Positions 11,952 through 24,830 of a DNA stretch of 64,000 nucleotides are shown here, in pieces. The DNA is taken from positions 64,450,190 through 64,514,189 of the forward strand of contig NC_068986.1 in the NCBI RefSeq assembly GCF_001194135.2, read 5' to 3'. The notes under the pieces were generated by a model, which saw only the letters and a list, made by a program, of their open reading frames with translations, was not told the origin of the DNA and searched no databases. How positions within the stretch are numbered: position 1 is the stretch's first letter; every line of letters starts with the position of its first letter. A program made the translations under genes and the position numbers. This DNA comes from Octopus bimaculoides (taxonomy: Eukaryota).

Positions 11952-12644
11952 TATAAGACTGACTTCTTGTTGAGCAATATGTATGTATGTATGTATGTAT
12001 GTATATATGTATGTATGTATATATGTATGTATGTGTGTATGTATGTATGTGTATATATATATATATACATNNNNNNNNNNNNNNNNNNNNNNNNNNNNNN
12101 NNNNNNNNNNNNNNNNNNNNNNNNNNNNNNNNNNNNNNNNNNNNNNNNNNNNNNNNNNNNNNNNNNNNNNNNNNNNNNNNNNNNNNNNNNNNNNNNNNNN
12201 NNNNNNNNNNNNNNNNNNNNNNNNNNNNNNNNNNNNNNNNNNNNNNNNNNNNNNNNNNNNNNNNNNNNNNNNNNNNNNNNNNNATATATATATATATATA
12301 TATATGTATGTATATATAGTGAGTGTGTGTATGTGTTTGACACAGAAAAACCTAGAACAAAGTTGCAAGGTAAACATCTCTGTTCGTGACAGAGAGGTTA
12401 ATAAACCTGTTACAGGTATATGCAATACGAAAGTGGTTATTCTGGTTATGCTCAGATTTGATGGTCAGTACACACACATACGCATATAACATGTATGTGT
12501 GAGCGCATATATGTATGTGTGTGTGTATAACATGTATGTACGCGCGCACGTAGTGTGTGTGTATTGCGTGTACTTGCTTGTGTATGTAAGTGATAGATAG
12601 ATGCACAGACAGCACAGTTTGGTTCAAATATAAGTTTGATAACC

Positions 12645-12790
12645 AGTGATGTTCCCGTAATTAAGCGGCTCGGCAAAAGTAATCAATAGGATAAGTACCT
12701 GGTTTAAAAGGGACCGATTCATTCGGTTAAAAATTCTTGATGGCGGTGCCCCAGCATGACCGCAGTTTAATTACTGAAACAAGTAAAAGA
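12645..12790 (+). mobile_element. SINE family A, 3' fragment
   Basis: 'cccgtaattaagcggctcggcaaaag...ggcggtgccccagcatgaccgcagt...ctgaaacaagtaaaaga'. Confidence 0.7.
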
Positions 12791-13669
12791 TATACTCTTC
12801 CCCACCGTTCTGATACATACAAAAAATAGTCTATCGATAAATACGACAAAGTATCTGAAGAAGATGTGAACTCACAACGCTTGAGTTGGATGCCTAATAC
12901 GTTAGTCGATCGGCCATTTTGCCTCTAAAAATATGATGACAATCGCAAAATAACTGGGGTGCCGTTAGATATGGGATCAGAAGTTATAGACATCGTTTGT
13001 AACTATATGCTGTAACTTTGTAAATATAAATAGGTTTAGTTTCAGTAAATGAAACTGTTATTTAAATTTAGCAGATACTTCCTTTAAAAAGAATTCCCAG
13101 TTGACTGCCAGAAAATCGTTATCATTTTGGCTGTTGTAGCATTTTAAACGGATCGTTTCAAAAAGCCATTTTCGTTTCTCTAACTAACGATTATCCTGTC
13201 ACTAAACTAAAGTTAAAAAAAGATAGAGAAGTTGATCCTAGTTTTATTGTCATCTCACTTTTAACTATACAATATATTCTTGGCAGATGCCAAACATTGA
13301 AAGGTTTTGCAGAAGGAAAGTAACCGAGGAAGTTTTCAACCGGAATTTAATAATTCATTAAATTACTGTCACAGACTACAGGAGGAAGGAATAACAACCA
13401 AATTAGAATGGAAACTGAAGATTTAAAAAAAAGAAAGGAAACAGATAAACTTATAATAAATTCTTTGTGTCAAATCTATTAATGCATAGCTTACAGTGTT
13501 TACAAACACACACACGCATTCACACACACACATGTATGTATGCATACATAAGTGTTTCTTTTTTGTTCGGTCTTTATACCTGTCTGCTCGCCTGTTTAAC
13601 TTTCTATCTGTCTATCTGTCTGCCTGTCTGTCTGTCTGTCTATTTATCACCTATCGTCGCTGCATGGTG

Positions 13670-14830
13670 GTTATGCTGACGACTGTTTCCGTACTATCAC
13701 CCTCATCAGGCAAAAGTTCGATTGGCTTAAAGTATTTTATTTTTACTATTTTTGCTCTTCAGAATTGACGTTTGAATCCAACAACTCCATTAGCTTTCTC
13801 GACATCTTCACTTAATAATCTCTACAGCTCACCTGTAGAAGTGATTCCCACTTCTACCTTCACTATTTCTTTTCTTGTCCCAAACACACCAACTCTATTA
13901 TACCATTCTCCCAATTCCTCTGTTTCGTCGATTCTGCAGCATCAGTTCGGATTTCGTATCCCCATGTGACAAAATTCGACATTTCTTAATAAAGGTTACT
14001 CTCGACGGGTTAAGGACCCTGCACTCTGCCGTACCTAAGCCATCAACAGCACCGCCAATCTCCTATTTTCTCTACGCACAACTACAGACCAGAGTTCACT
14101 CTCCTTTACCTTCCAACCGTCCGCTCTCTTCACTGAAACGCACACCCATTCACAACTTCCAGATCTCTGACTCCATAAGCACTTCGATCTTTTTCGCACC
14201 TACTTTCCTTGCCTTCAAGAAGAATAGAATCTCTGTTATCTTTAACTTAGAAGCATCATGGCACCCAGTCAAATACAGCCAAGTAATTTTAAAGCGTTCA
14301 CCGCACATGCAGCATATGTTCATACATCCACAATACAACAACCATTACTGTCCCTGAGTCACAGTACCTCATCATACAAAACTTCTGTGTACACCTACCA
14401 ACATTTTATACTGTATCGTTTGCAAACTTAAGTGTGCCGTTTAGATTATTGGTCGCAGCTTCGCCAATAGCTCTCGCGAACACCGTCAACACAACGGGTC
14501 ATTTCATGACCCCATTTATTGAGGACCGATATTTCTACACATATATTACCCTCTTTGGAAACGAGAACAACATATAGTATTGGAACTTGAAACTATGGAA
14601 CCTATGGTTCTGAATTAGACCTTTTCCTTCCTTTCCTTCAGCCACGCCTAATATAGTAAACGCGTCTTCACATTTCGCTTCACCTTACCCACATTCAGCT
14701 TCTCATTCCTTTTTTTCTTTCCTTTTCATTCGTCTTCTCTCACCAAGTTTATCTCTCATTCTACGTCCTACCACATATGTACTCTCGTTGTGATGCGTTC
14801 CCTAAGATGTGAAACTCTTCTAATTATCCT
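13670..14830 (+). mobile_element. Penelope-like element (RT thumb plus GIY-YIG), decayed, with inverted hammerhead-bearing segment at its 5' edge
   Basis: 'FLDI...SHFYLHYF..CPKHTNSIIPFSQFL' (RT thumb); 'ILYCIVCK...IGRS..NSSREHRQ'; 'KREQHIVLELETMEP' (GIY-YIG end); homologous to 60755-62228. Confidence 0.75.
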
Positions 14831-15177
14831 GTTTTCAAACTGTCATTTTCAAAGACAACAAGTATGAGAGATAACTTCCACAATATCAACTATCCATATT
14901 TTTGGAAAATATGTATTTATTTGAGATGAACATTATTTCCGGAAATGGACACGAGTTAGAATAAGAACAGTAATAAACGAGTGAAGAACGAATATATAAT
15001 GCGTGTGTTTATTTGGCAAAAAAAGACTATCCCTAAATACAACATTATACACACACACACGTGTGTGTGCGTGCGTGTGTGTGTATGTGTATCTGTGTAT
15101 GCACAAACCCCAGACCATTTCTATTTTCGGCTCTTATATTCTTCCTTCTTTACCATACGCATGCATACACACGCATG

Positions 15178-15330
<153 letters not shown>

Positions 15331-15729
15331 CGCACATAATTACGCTCATTATCAATCCTTGTAAATTCTGGTTGGTAAATATCATTGGAAATCTCAATGT
15401 GACACGTTTATTTTAATAGAAGATACGAAAAGTGAATGATTTATTTGCTTTGTAATGTTAGATATTAGTTTTTACTCTCAACCCCTTCACACCCAGAATC
15501 CACCATCGTCGAAAAACAAAGGAAATGTGTCGCATGTGGGAAGCATTTGTGACCCATTTGTCTAGAAGTGAGAGATGGAGACTTATTTGGGAAAACACAA
15601 ACTGACAGAGAATTGGGGTAAAATATGTTGATGACACAAACAAAACTATCGAAATTTATCAGATTCGAAAAAGACGATTATCTAAGTAAACTTAAAATGA
15701 ATGAATGAATAAATAAATGAATGAATAAG

Positions 15730-15760
<31 letters not shown>

Positions 15761-16019
15761 AGCAGAAAGTGTTAGGAAGCTAAATAATCTAATGTTTTCG
15801 AGGAACACGAAAGTCAATGCTTACTTTCAGTTTTTATAGCATTAAACACGCAGACAATTGTGCCTTTACGAAAGTCGCTTCGGTTTGAAACACGCAGCGT
15901 GGCACTTCACCCAAATGTCTCCTGTTGTAGTACAAACACACACACACACAAACTTTCCACTCCCCCCCACATATATGTGCGTGTGTATATACACAAGAAT
16001 ATATATATATGTATAGATA

Positions 16020-16481
16020 TCTACTACATATGTGGAAAATCGGTGTGTGTTTGTTTGTGGCGTTGTTAGCTAACTTCTCCTACATCGTTTTATTGATTTT
16101 GATGAAACTTGACACTTGAGTACAACTCATGTCTGGAAACCTCGTGACATATTTAGATTGTTGAAAAAATCAAATATTTTTTTAAACACTCAAGGGAAAT
16201 AACCCATAGCACCTGAACTTTATTTGGATTCTTACTATCGGGTAATTAATTTCATGTTATTACATAACAGACTTCACAATTTGGGTAATCATAACTTATT
16301 GGGAATTCCTAAAAACAAGATCCTGTGTAAGACAGTTTGGTATTCTCAATAAACGCAAAAAAAAAAACCTTTTGAGGGCTACATACTTTGTATTATTGTT
16401 ATTGGATTAGTGACATAATTATGAGAATGGAACCAAGGGATAAACCCCGCTTTCCCGGGAATTACCGGATACGTCAGCTAG
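16020..16481 (+). mobile_element. Non-autonomous Helitron (462 bp)
   Basis: Inserted between A (16019) and T (16482); 5' TC ('tctactacatatg...gtgtgtttgtttgt'); 3' 'ccgg gaatta ccgg' hairpin 9 nt before the terminal CTAG; no TSD. Confidence 0.7.
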
Positions 16482-16483
16482 TA

Positions 16484-16520
<37 letters not shown>

Positions 16521-16668
16521 NNNNNNNNNNNNNNNNNNNNNNNNNNNNNNNNNNNNNNNNNNNNNNNNNNNNNNNNNNNNNNNNNNNNNNNNNNNNNNNN
16601 NNNNNNNNNNNNNNNNNNNNNNNNNNNNNNNNNNNNNNNNNNNNNNNNNNNNNNNATATACCTGTGTA

Positions 16669-16703
<35 letters not shown>

Positions 16704-16789
16704 TTGTCTGTCTGTCTATCTATCTATCGAGCTAGCTAGTTATAAATTTTATGTTGGTAAAGTAACTCTTCTCGCTCTTCATTACCGGT

Positions 16790-17720
16790 AAATATTGTGT
16801 TCCAAGCAGAAGCAACGTGCTGTTATTAAGTTCTTAAAGGAAGGATGCAGGGTTTCTGACATCCACAGAATACTAGAGATTGTTTACGGAGATGGCACAA
16901 TTAACAAGGGCAATGTGCACAGATGGATGTAGTTTAAAAAAGAGAAACTAGCACTGAAAGCCAATTACGTAGTAGGAGACAATCATCTGCGACCACTGAC
17001 ACGAATCGCCAGCGAGTGGATGAAATGATTTGTGCGGATAAGATGCGCCACAATCTGTGAGCTTGTTGCACAACTGGATTATGGTCACAATGCACTACAA
17101 GAAATGCGTGCAAAGTGGCAGTTGACACTCGATTTAAAGGAAAAGAACTGTGGAAGTCTGCTGGAAGCAGGAGACGAAAGTCTGTTGGCGACAGGGGACG
17201 AAACATGGTTCAGAAGGCTCAGGCCATGGAATGGCGTTACATCTTTTTCTGTAAGGTCTAAAAAGTTACTGTCCAGCGATCAACGCAGAAAGTCATGGTA
17301 ACTGTCTTTTGGGACGACAAGGGCGTTATCCTCCATAATTTTTTTGGCAAAGGCTGTAACCCTAAACGGGGAACAGTATATTGAGATTCTGAAAAGGCTT
17401 AGAGAAGCCATTAAAAGAAAGAAATCAATCAAGAATCTGGATTGATCCACATTCACCATAATAATGCATGACCATATATACCTTTAGTCAGAAATCAGGC
17501 AACCTGGCGAGTGATCCTCCGTCAATTGCACTGCTTGGCTCTGACCACCTGTTTGGTGTTTCTTCGGAAACAAACTATTTGATGACACAGACGAGATGAA
17601 AGGGACTGTAAAGTAGTGAATATACATCGACTCAAAGAAAATTTCAGAATCGGGTTCAACAATGGCTCAAATGCATTGCATGTGATAAAGACTATATTGA
17701 ATGGCAATACTTAATTACGT
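16790..17720 (+). mobile_element. Mariner transposase remnant (second lineage)
   Basis: 'KQKQRAVIKFLKEG...IHRILEIVYGDGTINKGNVHRW', 'TDTNRQRVDEMI', 'KVMVTVFWDDKGVI', 'IHHNNA*PY'; heavily frameshifted, TIRs not resolved. Confidence 0.8.
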
Positions 17721-17979
17721 AGAGTTCCGTAGATTAGACCATTAGGTAGATTAGCGAATAAATGTCATTAGCGTTAATGGTTTTTCTTACTAAGGATATA
17801 ATTCTAATTCATTAAACATTCTTTTTAGCTCACTACATAAAGTATGATTGCTTGCACTTAACTCTATGTTCGTCATATCTATTTCTGAATAATAGTAGTG
17901 AATTTTAGCCCAAATCATAAGCTTTTGTCTTATTAAAAAACAAACAAAAACGCAGGACATATTGGATGATGTAGTTCTA

Positions 17980-17981
17980 CG

Positions 17982-18035
<54 letters not shown>

Positions 18036-18174
18036 CTATCTATCTATCTATCTATCTATTTGTCTGTATGTCTGTATGTCTTCCTGCCAGCCTGTCTGTC
18101 TGTTTGTCTGTCTGTTTGTCTGTCTGTTTGTCTGTGTGTTTGTCTGTCTGTTTGTTTGTCTGCCCGCCCGCCTT

Positions 18175-18205
<31 letters not shown>

Positions 18206-18216
18206 GCCCGCCCGCC

Positions 18217-18265
<49 letters not shown>
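17980..18265. repeat. Compound (TATC)n/(TGTC)n microsatellite
   Basis: Direct reading. Confidence 0.95.
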
Positions 18266-18802
18266 GGATTTGTTACTGTAAATAACCACTTCCCGTTCTC
18301 ATATAATTTTAAATAAATTTTAATTTCGAAGTTCTCTCCTTTGCCTTTCTTTGTAATTTTTTTCTCTTCTCATTATAGGTATAATCTCAACTGATGAAAA
18401 TAAAAAAAAAGTTTAGTTGGTTCGCTATATTACATATGCTATCTCTTGTTCAAAATGTCTACAGAGTTCTTAATCATTTCTACTAAACGATGAGAGTAAC
18501 AGTTAGACATATATTAGTATTACAAAGGCAGAAGTAGACTCCGCATTTTCTCACCGTCCACAAACACTGCAGACAAACCTCCTCTTCATGAGTCATACAT
18601 TTATCTTTGTTTCATAGTGTGGTAAGTGAAAGAAGGAAAACAAAAAAGATAGGAGACAAAAAAAGTGAGAAAATCAAGGAATGTAAACAAAATTCAGTAT
18701 ACACACACACACACACACACGCGCACGTATGTATATGTGTGTATATTATATCTATCTCTCTATCTGCCTGCCTTTCTGCCTGCCTGTTTCTCTGTCTGCC
18801 TG

Positions 18803-18845
<43 letters not shown>

Positions 18846-18951
18846 GTCTGTTTTTTAATGTTGAGTTATAACGAAAACAATTAAAAGTTAGAATGTAGAA
18901 TTACATATTATTTTTTGTTGAGTAAATAGTTATACTTTCACATGAAGAGAG

Positions 18952-18996
18952 TCGAAAGTTACTTCAAAGTTTCGGCCTACTTCGTCAGTCCACCGA
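18952..18996 (-). ncRNA. Degenerate minimal hammerhead motif
   Basis: Minus strand: tcggtgga CTGACGA agtaggcc GAAA ctttgaa GTA actttcga; stem III 'actt-tg-aagt', stem I 6 of 8 pairs. Confidence 0.45.
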
Positions 18997-19864
18997 AGGG
19001 TAACAGACCGAAACTTTGAAACATACACACATACACACACACGCGCGCGTGCACACACACATTTATATATTTATATGTATACATATATTTATATACACAA
19101 ATATATATATATATTTATACACACAAACCCACACGCACACACATATATTTTTATGTGTGTATACATGTATACGATCTTGTGTTTTCAAACCTGCATATGT
19201 ACACATACACGCGCGCACACACACGCGCGCGCAATTGCAATTCATGAAGTCTGTTGAGTCATATCTCTGAGTTTCATGTCACCAATTATTCAAGCGATTG
19301 ATGTAGGAAAGCTGCCTGACATTGTGTAAGCAAAATTATTTGAAAATATTACGAAATATACTTGGCCAATAATATACATAGTTTTGTTTGACTGTTGAAA
19401 ATAAGCTTAGAATATACATTATGTATTCATTTATTCTCTTGTCAGGTTTACTGGAAATTTTTAAAACAGATTCTCTCAGCATACCTATATATTCATCATC
19501 CAGAAAGACTACTCACTATTTCACAATTGAAATACATTGAAAATTTAACGGATTGTAATATTAACCATTACAAAATCGATTATTTCATAAAGAAACACGC
19601 GTCGTCTTTCATTAATGATCCCAGAATATGTGATATCTGAATTTTGGAGAGGAATTGAATATTCTAACAACTTTTTGCTTTTTCAACAAAGGATCAGAAT
19701 TGATATACTCAAACACATACTCCCATCACAATTAACTGAGGAATTTTTTCAATGGTTAAAATAATATATTTTCTAGGTAACAGATGTACCATACCTTAAA
19801 ACGTTATCATATGATTAAAAAACCATTAAATCATTCATTACATCTCAGATTTCATTAAACATAG

Positions 19865-19965
19865 CCGCTATAGTAAAAGGCATCTACCCAAAGTGCCATG
19901 CAGTGGGACTGAGCCCGGAACCATGTGATTGGGAAGCAAACTTCTTACCACACAGCTACGTCTGC
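19865..19965 (-). mobile_element. SINE family A head fragment
   Basis: 'aagtgccatgcagtgggactgagcccggaaccatgtgattgggaagcaaacttcttaccacacagc'. Confidence 0.75.
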
Positions 19966-20012
19966 GACTTTTTTATGCCCAAAGGTCGGATACCTTTTCA
20001 ATGCACCTCGTA

Positions 20013-21243
20013 TACGTATGAGCGCATTCTTTAAAATAATCTCAAAAAGTATCCGACCTTTGGACATAAAAATAAAAGAAACACAATTTCGTACATTTCG
20101 CAAATTACTTAATCCCCTTCAAAATACTCGCCTTGGACGTTCACTCAATTCTCTCACCGGTTCTGCCATTGCTGATAACATCTCTCTTACGCGTTTTCAG
20201 GAATGCTATGGAGTTCCGCTGTCGCTATTTTCTTAATTTCCTCTCGCGACTCAAATTGCTTCCCTTTCAGCGTGGTTTTCTGATTGGGGAAGATCCAGAA
20301 GTCACACGGTGCCAAGTCGGAAGATTATGGAGCCTGTCAGACAATATCCGGCCGCTTTCGACGCACAGCATCACGAAGGTGACGTATAACTTCCAGGTAA
20401 CATTCCTTATTGATTGTTTGCTCTTGTGGTGCGTATTCATGATGTACAAAACCACGGGAGTCAAAGAAACATGTCAATGTTACTTTCACATTACTACTAA
20501 CATGTAGCGCTCTTTTGGGCCTTGGTGATGATGGATGCTTCCACCGAGAGGACTGGAACTTGGTTTTCAGGACGACGTAACCATATACCTGTTACATCAC
20601 ATGTGATGATGGTCTTCATGAAGTCTTGGCCCAGCATCTCCTGAGCGATTTCATGTGGAGTTGCTTCTGCTGCTCAGCCAGCGCCTTGGGTACAAATATC
20701 GCTGAAACTCACCGCATGCGCAAATCTTCTGTTAAAATGGAATGCACCGATCCTATGTTAATTCCCACTTTGTGAGCAATATCCTGGATTGTTACATGAT
20801 GGTCTTTCATGACTATTCGCCGAACCTTCTCAATCGGCGCCTTGTCTCTGCTTGTGGATGGCCTGCCTGAGCGTGCCTTGCTCTCCACTGAAGCGCGGTC
20901 ATATTTGAAGCAGTTCTACCACTCTTTGATCTAAGTTTTGCCCATGGCATCGTCGCCAAAGACCTGCTGAATCTTCTGGATGAACTTGAGCAGCACGAAG
21001 CTTTTGTAAAATCTTGATGCAATATCTCTGCTTGATGCGTTCGGTCTTTTTACATAAAAACGAAAATCCAACGACAGCACACTACACGTCTATACTCTGG
21101 GAACTGTCGCGGCCTACCGGCATGATAGTTTTTACGAATGCCTTAGAAGAGTGGTGTCACCTTCCAGCCAAAGGATTTCGCCCACGCGGCATTAGTTTTG
21201 GCGGGGGGAAATAAAGTCGGATTCTTTTTGAACGCACCTCGTA
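20013..21243 (-). mobile_element. Mariner element (third lineage), near full length, defective
   Basis: TIR 'tacgaggtgcgttcaaaaagaatccgac' at 21243 and a matching 'tcaaaaagtatccgacctttgg' at 20042; minus-strand 'QQVFGDDAMGKT*IKEW', 'ESKARSGRPSTS', 'DLRMR*VSAIFVPK'. Confidence 0.85.
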
Positions 21244-21249
21244 TATTAT

Positions 21250-21400
21250 CTTTTCAGTTATTCCACTTCGGCCATGCAGGAGCACCACCTTGAATAGTCT
21301 TACTCGAGCAAATCGACCCCAATATTTATTTTTTTAAAAGCCTGGTACTTATTCTATTGATCTACCGATAAGTTACGAGGATATAAACAAACGATGATAG
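21250..21400 (-). mobile_element. SINE family A 3' fragment
   Basis: 'cggccatgcaggagcaccacc...tcgagcaaatcgacccc...agcctggtacttattctat'. Confidence 0.7.
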
Positions 21401-22147
21401 GGGAAAAACGCTACAGAATTCAGGAATCTGGGCTAATGAGCGCATGACTCTGGAGGGATCTCTGATATTTTGGTTTCATACACGTATATTTATACACTTA
21501 AACATATCTATATATATATATACTCATACATACATACATAATACATACGTACATACATACATGCATACATACATACATACATACATACATACATACATAA
21601 ATAAATGCATACATACATACATACATACATACATACATACACATATCGTATCACTAGCCAGCAATAGACACCGATTTTATTAACACCGACTTAATTCTGT
21701 GTGCGAGCGTATGTGCCCCAGATCACGCGTATGTGCGGTTCTATGTGCGTATGCATTTGTACGGGTGAGTGTTCGTACGACAGACCATGTAAGTGTGGGC
21801 GTTTTGTACATTCATATCTACGAACGGCTATATGTAATAATTTTTTCGCTGTATGGTGTATTTGTTTCTTTTTGTATCTCATCTTTGTTATGGATCTTCT
21901 ATAAGAATTAAGCTGTCTCCCTTGATTTGCCATTTCTGTTTACGAAGACCAAGAAGAAAACATGCAGAAATAAGTTCTGCGAAACAGAATTTATTATAAC
22001 GAGGTACCTATTGAAATCACTTGAGGAGACATATCTACACCGGGGATACACCTAAACCAGTTTTACAATATTCTACCCACGAGTGATCGATGTTAGATAG
22101 GTCGAAACGATTGTTGTGATCAATAAAAAATCTCGTATCTTCCATCT

Positions 22148-22185
<38 letters not shown>

Positions 22186-22201
22186 ATTAATCATTTATAT
22201 T

Positions 22202-22417
22202 TATAATCTTACATACGTAGGCGATTATATATCTATAATCTTACATACGTAGGCGATTATATATCTATAATCTTACATACGTAGGCGATTATATATTTAT
22301 AATCTTACATACGTAGGCGATTATATATATCTATAAACTTACATACGTAGGCGATTATATATTTATAATCTTACATACGTAGGCGATTATATATTTATAA
22401 TCTTACATACGTAGGCG
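22202..22417. repeat. 32-bp minisatellite (6 full plus 1 partial copy) ending in a SINE head
   Basis: Unit 'tataatcttacatacgtaggcgattatatat(c/t)'; the last 'taggcg' is the SINE 5' end. Confidence 0.95.
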
Positions 22418-22810
22418 TAGGAGTGGCTGTGTGGTAAGTAGCTTGTTTACCAACCACATGGTTCCGGGTTCAGTCCCACTGCTTGGCACCTTGGGCAAGT
22501 GTCTTCTACTATAGCCTCGGGCCGACCAAAGCCTTGTGAGTGGATTTGGTAGACGGAAACTGAAAGAAGCCCGTCGTATATATGTATATGTATGTATGCA
22601 TGTATGTGTTTTGTGTCTGTGTTTGTCCTCCCAACATCGCTTGACAACCGATGCTGGTGTGTTTACGTCCCCGTAACTTAGCGGTTCGGCAAAAGAGACC
22701 GATAGAATAAGTACTAGGCTTCCAAAGAATAAGTCCTGGGGTCGATTTGCTCGACTAAAAGGTGATACTCCAGCATGGCCAGAGTCAAAAGACTGAAACA
22801 AGTAAAAGAA
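22412..22810 (+). mobile_element. SINE family A, full-length
   Basis: 'taggcgtaggagtggctgtgtggtaag' (A box), 'gggttcagtccc' (B box), internal microsatellite, tail 'gactgaaacaagtaaaagaaaaaa'. Confidence 0.92.
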
Positions 22811-23689
22811 AAAAAAAGAGTACATACATACATACATACATACATACATACATACACACGCATATGCATACCCACACACATTATTCATACACAAGCTAGG
22901 TAAGAAAAAATATATAGGAAGGAGTAAGAAAGAAATATGTAAGAAAATATATAAGAAATCTATAAGTAAGAAAAATAAGAAAAGTGAATGAGGGAAAGAC
23001 AGCAGAGAAAAAAATGCATAAAATAACAAGACTAAAATGAAAACCCATGGAAAAGAGAAATATTTAAAAGGAGGCTTAGATATTCTTTTCCAAATAAGTA
23101 AACTAACGCTTGTAGGTTTGGAGTGTAAGGCAGATCTGAACGCTGTATTGTGATCGCTAAAACAGATGAAGTATTTTAGATAATCAGTTGTTAGCAATAT
23201 AAACTCTCCGAACTACATACACACAGACACACACAGGCACACACACACACACATATATATGTGTATATATGTGTGTGTGTGTATACTCACTCATGTATAT
23301 ATGTGTGTATTCGCACATATATATATGTATACATACATACATAATTATATACACACACACACATATATATATATACATGTATATACACACATGCACATAC
23401 ACACACACATGTATGTCCGTAGATATAGTGCTTTCCCTACCTTATCTCTTAAGTCTTTTCTTAGTAAACGAATCTCGTCTGCAAGGCTCTTTGTCATGTA
23501 CAGACGCCAAACCTTTCCTACATTATCATTTCCTTCTCGGTCCCCGTCAGAAATGTTATTTCTTCCTTAAACGAAACTTCACCCCATTAAAAAAATGCTA
23601 ATCGTATGCTTTCAGTCTGGTACAAGACCAAAATATGATAGGGAATGTGGTACAGTGGAAGACATAGATTCCAATATATTTAACTTTTA

Positions 23690-23860
23690 TTTTCTACTTC
23701 TTTCACTCATTGGACTGCGGCCTTGCTGGGGCACCACCTAAAAATGCTTGTTCGAAAAAATCGACCCAGTGCTTATTTTTTAAGACTGGTGTTTATTCTA
23801 TCGTCCTCTTTCGTAGAACCTGTAAGTTATGGGGACATAAACAAACCAATACCAAAATTC
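23690..23860 (-). mobile_element. SINE family A 3' fragment
   Basis: 'ttggactgcggccttgctggggcaccacc...aatcgacccag...aagttatggggacataaacaaaccaatacc'. Confidence 0.7.
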
Positions 23861-23950
23861 AAGCACACCAACACACGCGCGCACACACATCCGCACGCAC
23901 ACGCCCGCACGCACGCACACACACATACACACACGCGCACGCATGTACAT

Positions 23951-23987
<37 letters not shown>

Positions 23988-24359
23988 CATATATATATGA
24001 ACGGCATCCACAGTTTCCAGTTGCCAATTTAACATACGAAGAATTGGTTGGCCCAGGGGGGGCTGTTATTTAATTCTTTTAGAAAAGTTAGTTGAATGGA
24101 AAATTTCTCTCTGTATCATATATTCTATAGTGTATGTGTATAGGTATGCATATGCCAATCATGTGGGAAGAATGCTGGCAAGACATGCAACATGAATGAA
24201 GCTCGAACAATATTATTTGTTTACATATAACATGTAGTTATATAATTAGATATTTTTTCATACAGAATGAAAGCGAAGCGAAATATGCTGACATGTCGAT
24301 ATATAATAGCAATATAATCTTAGTATTACTTATGGTAAACTAATAGGCAAATATATACA

Positions 24360-24830
24360 AATGTGTCCCACCGATCTTACTTCTTCATAACTTCCAGAAA
24401 AATAGATATTTGTTAATGAAATTGTCTATCATAAATATGTTTTGACTGGCGTACGTTCCGATTATATCTGAATTTGTTGTGAAAAAAATATTTTTAGGAG
24501 AGTTGGGAGAGAAGTCTCAGAAAATTCACACGAGTCAGCATTGTTTCTTCGTAACTTCCCGAAAAATTGGTGTCTTTAGATGAAAATTTTGACAAACACT
24601 TCTGAAAGTGTGCTGGTTACGATTATATCAAAATTTAATATGAAAATAAAACTAGTGGGATGACACACATACATAATGGCATGAACAACATTTGTTTGAA
24701 AAATTTATTTCAAAATATTTACTTATATAAAAGGAATTTACACCATCTGAAGCATATTTGTAGAAAATTTTATTTAAAAAATCCATTTTTCTAGAAGTTA
24801 TGAGGAAACGTATGTGTAGGTATGGTGCAG
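24360..24830. mobile_element. Putative non-autonomous DNA element with repeated subterminal motif
   Basis: 'cttcttcataacttccagaaaaatag' (24380-24405), a direct copy at 24543-24570 and an inverted copy at 24783-24809. Confidence 0.45.

Noticed and set aside
22202-22417. CRISPR-like regular repeat
   Set aside because: No unique spacers, no cas genes, eukaryotic context; it is a minisatellite.
22412-22480. tRNA-like A/B boxes at SINE heads
   Set aside because: They do not form cloverleafs and are followed by SINE bodies; no true tRNA genes called.
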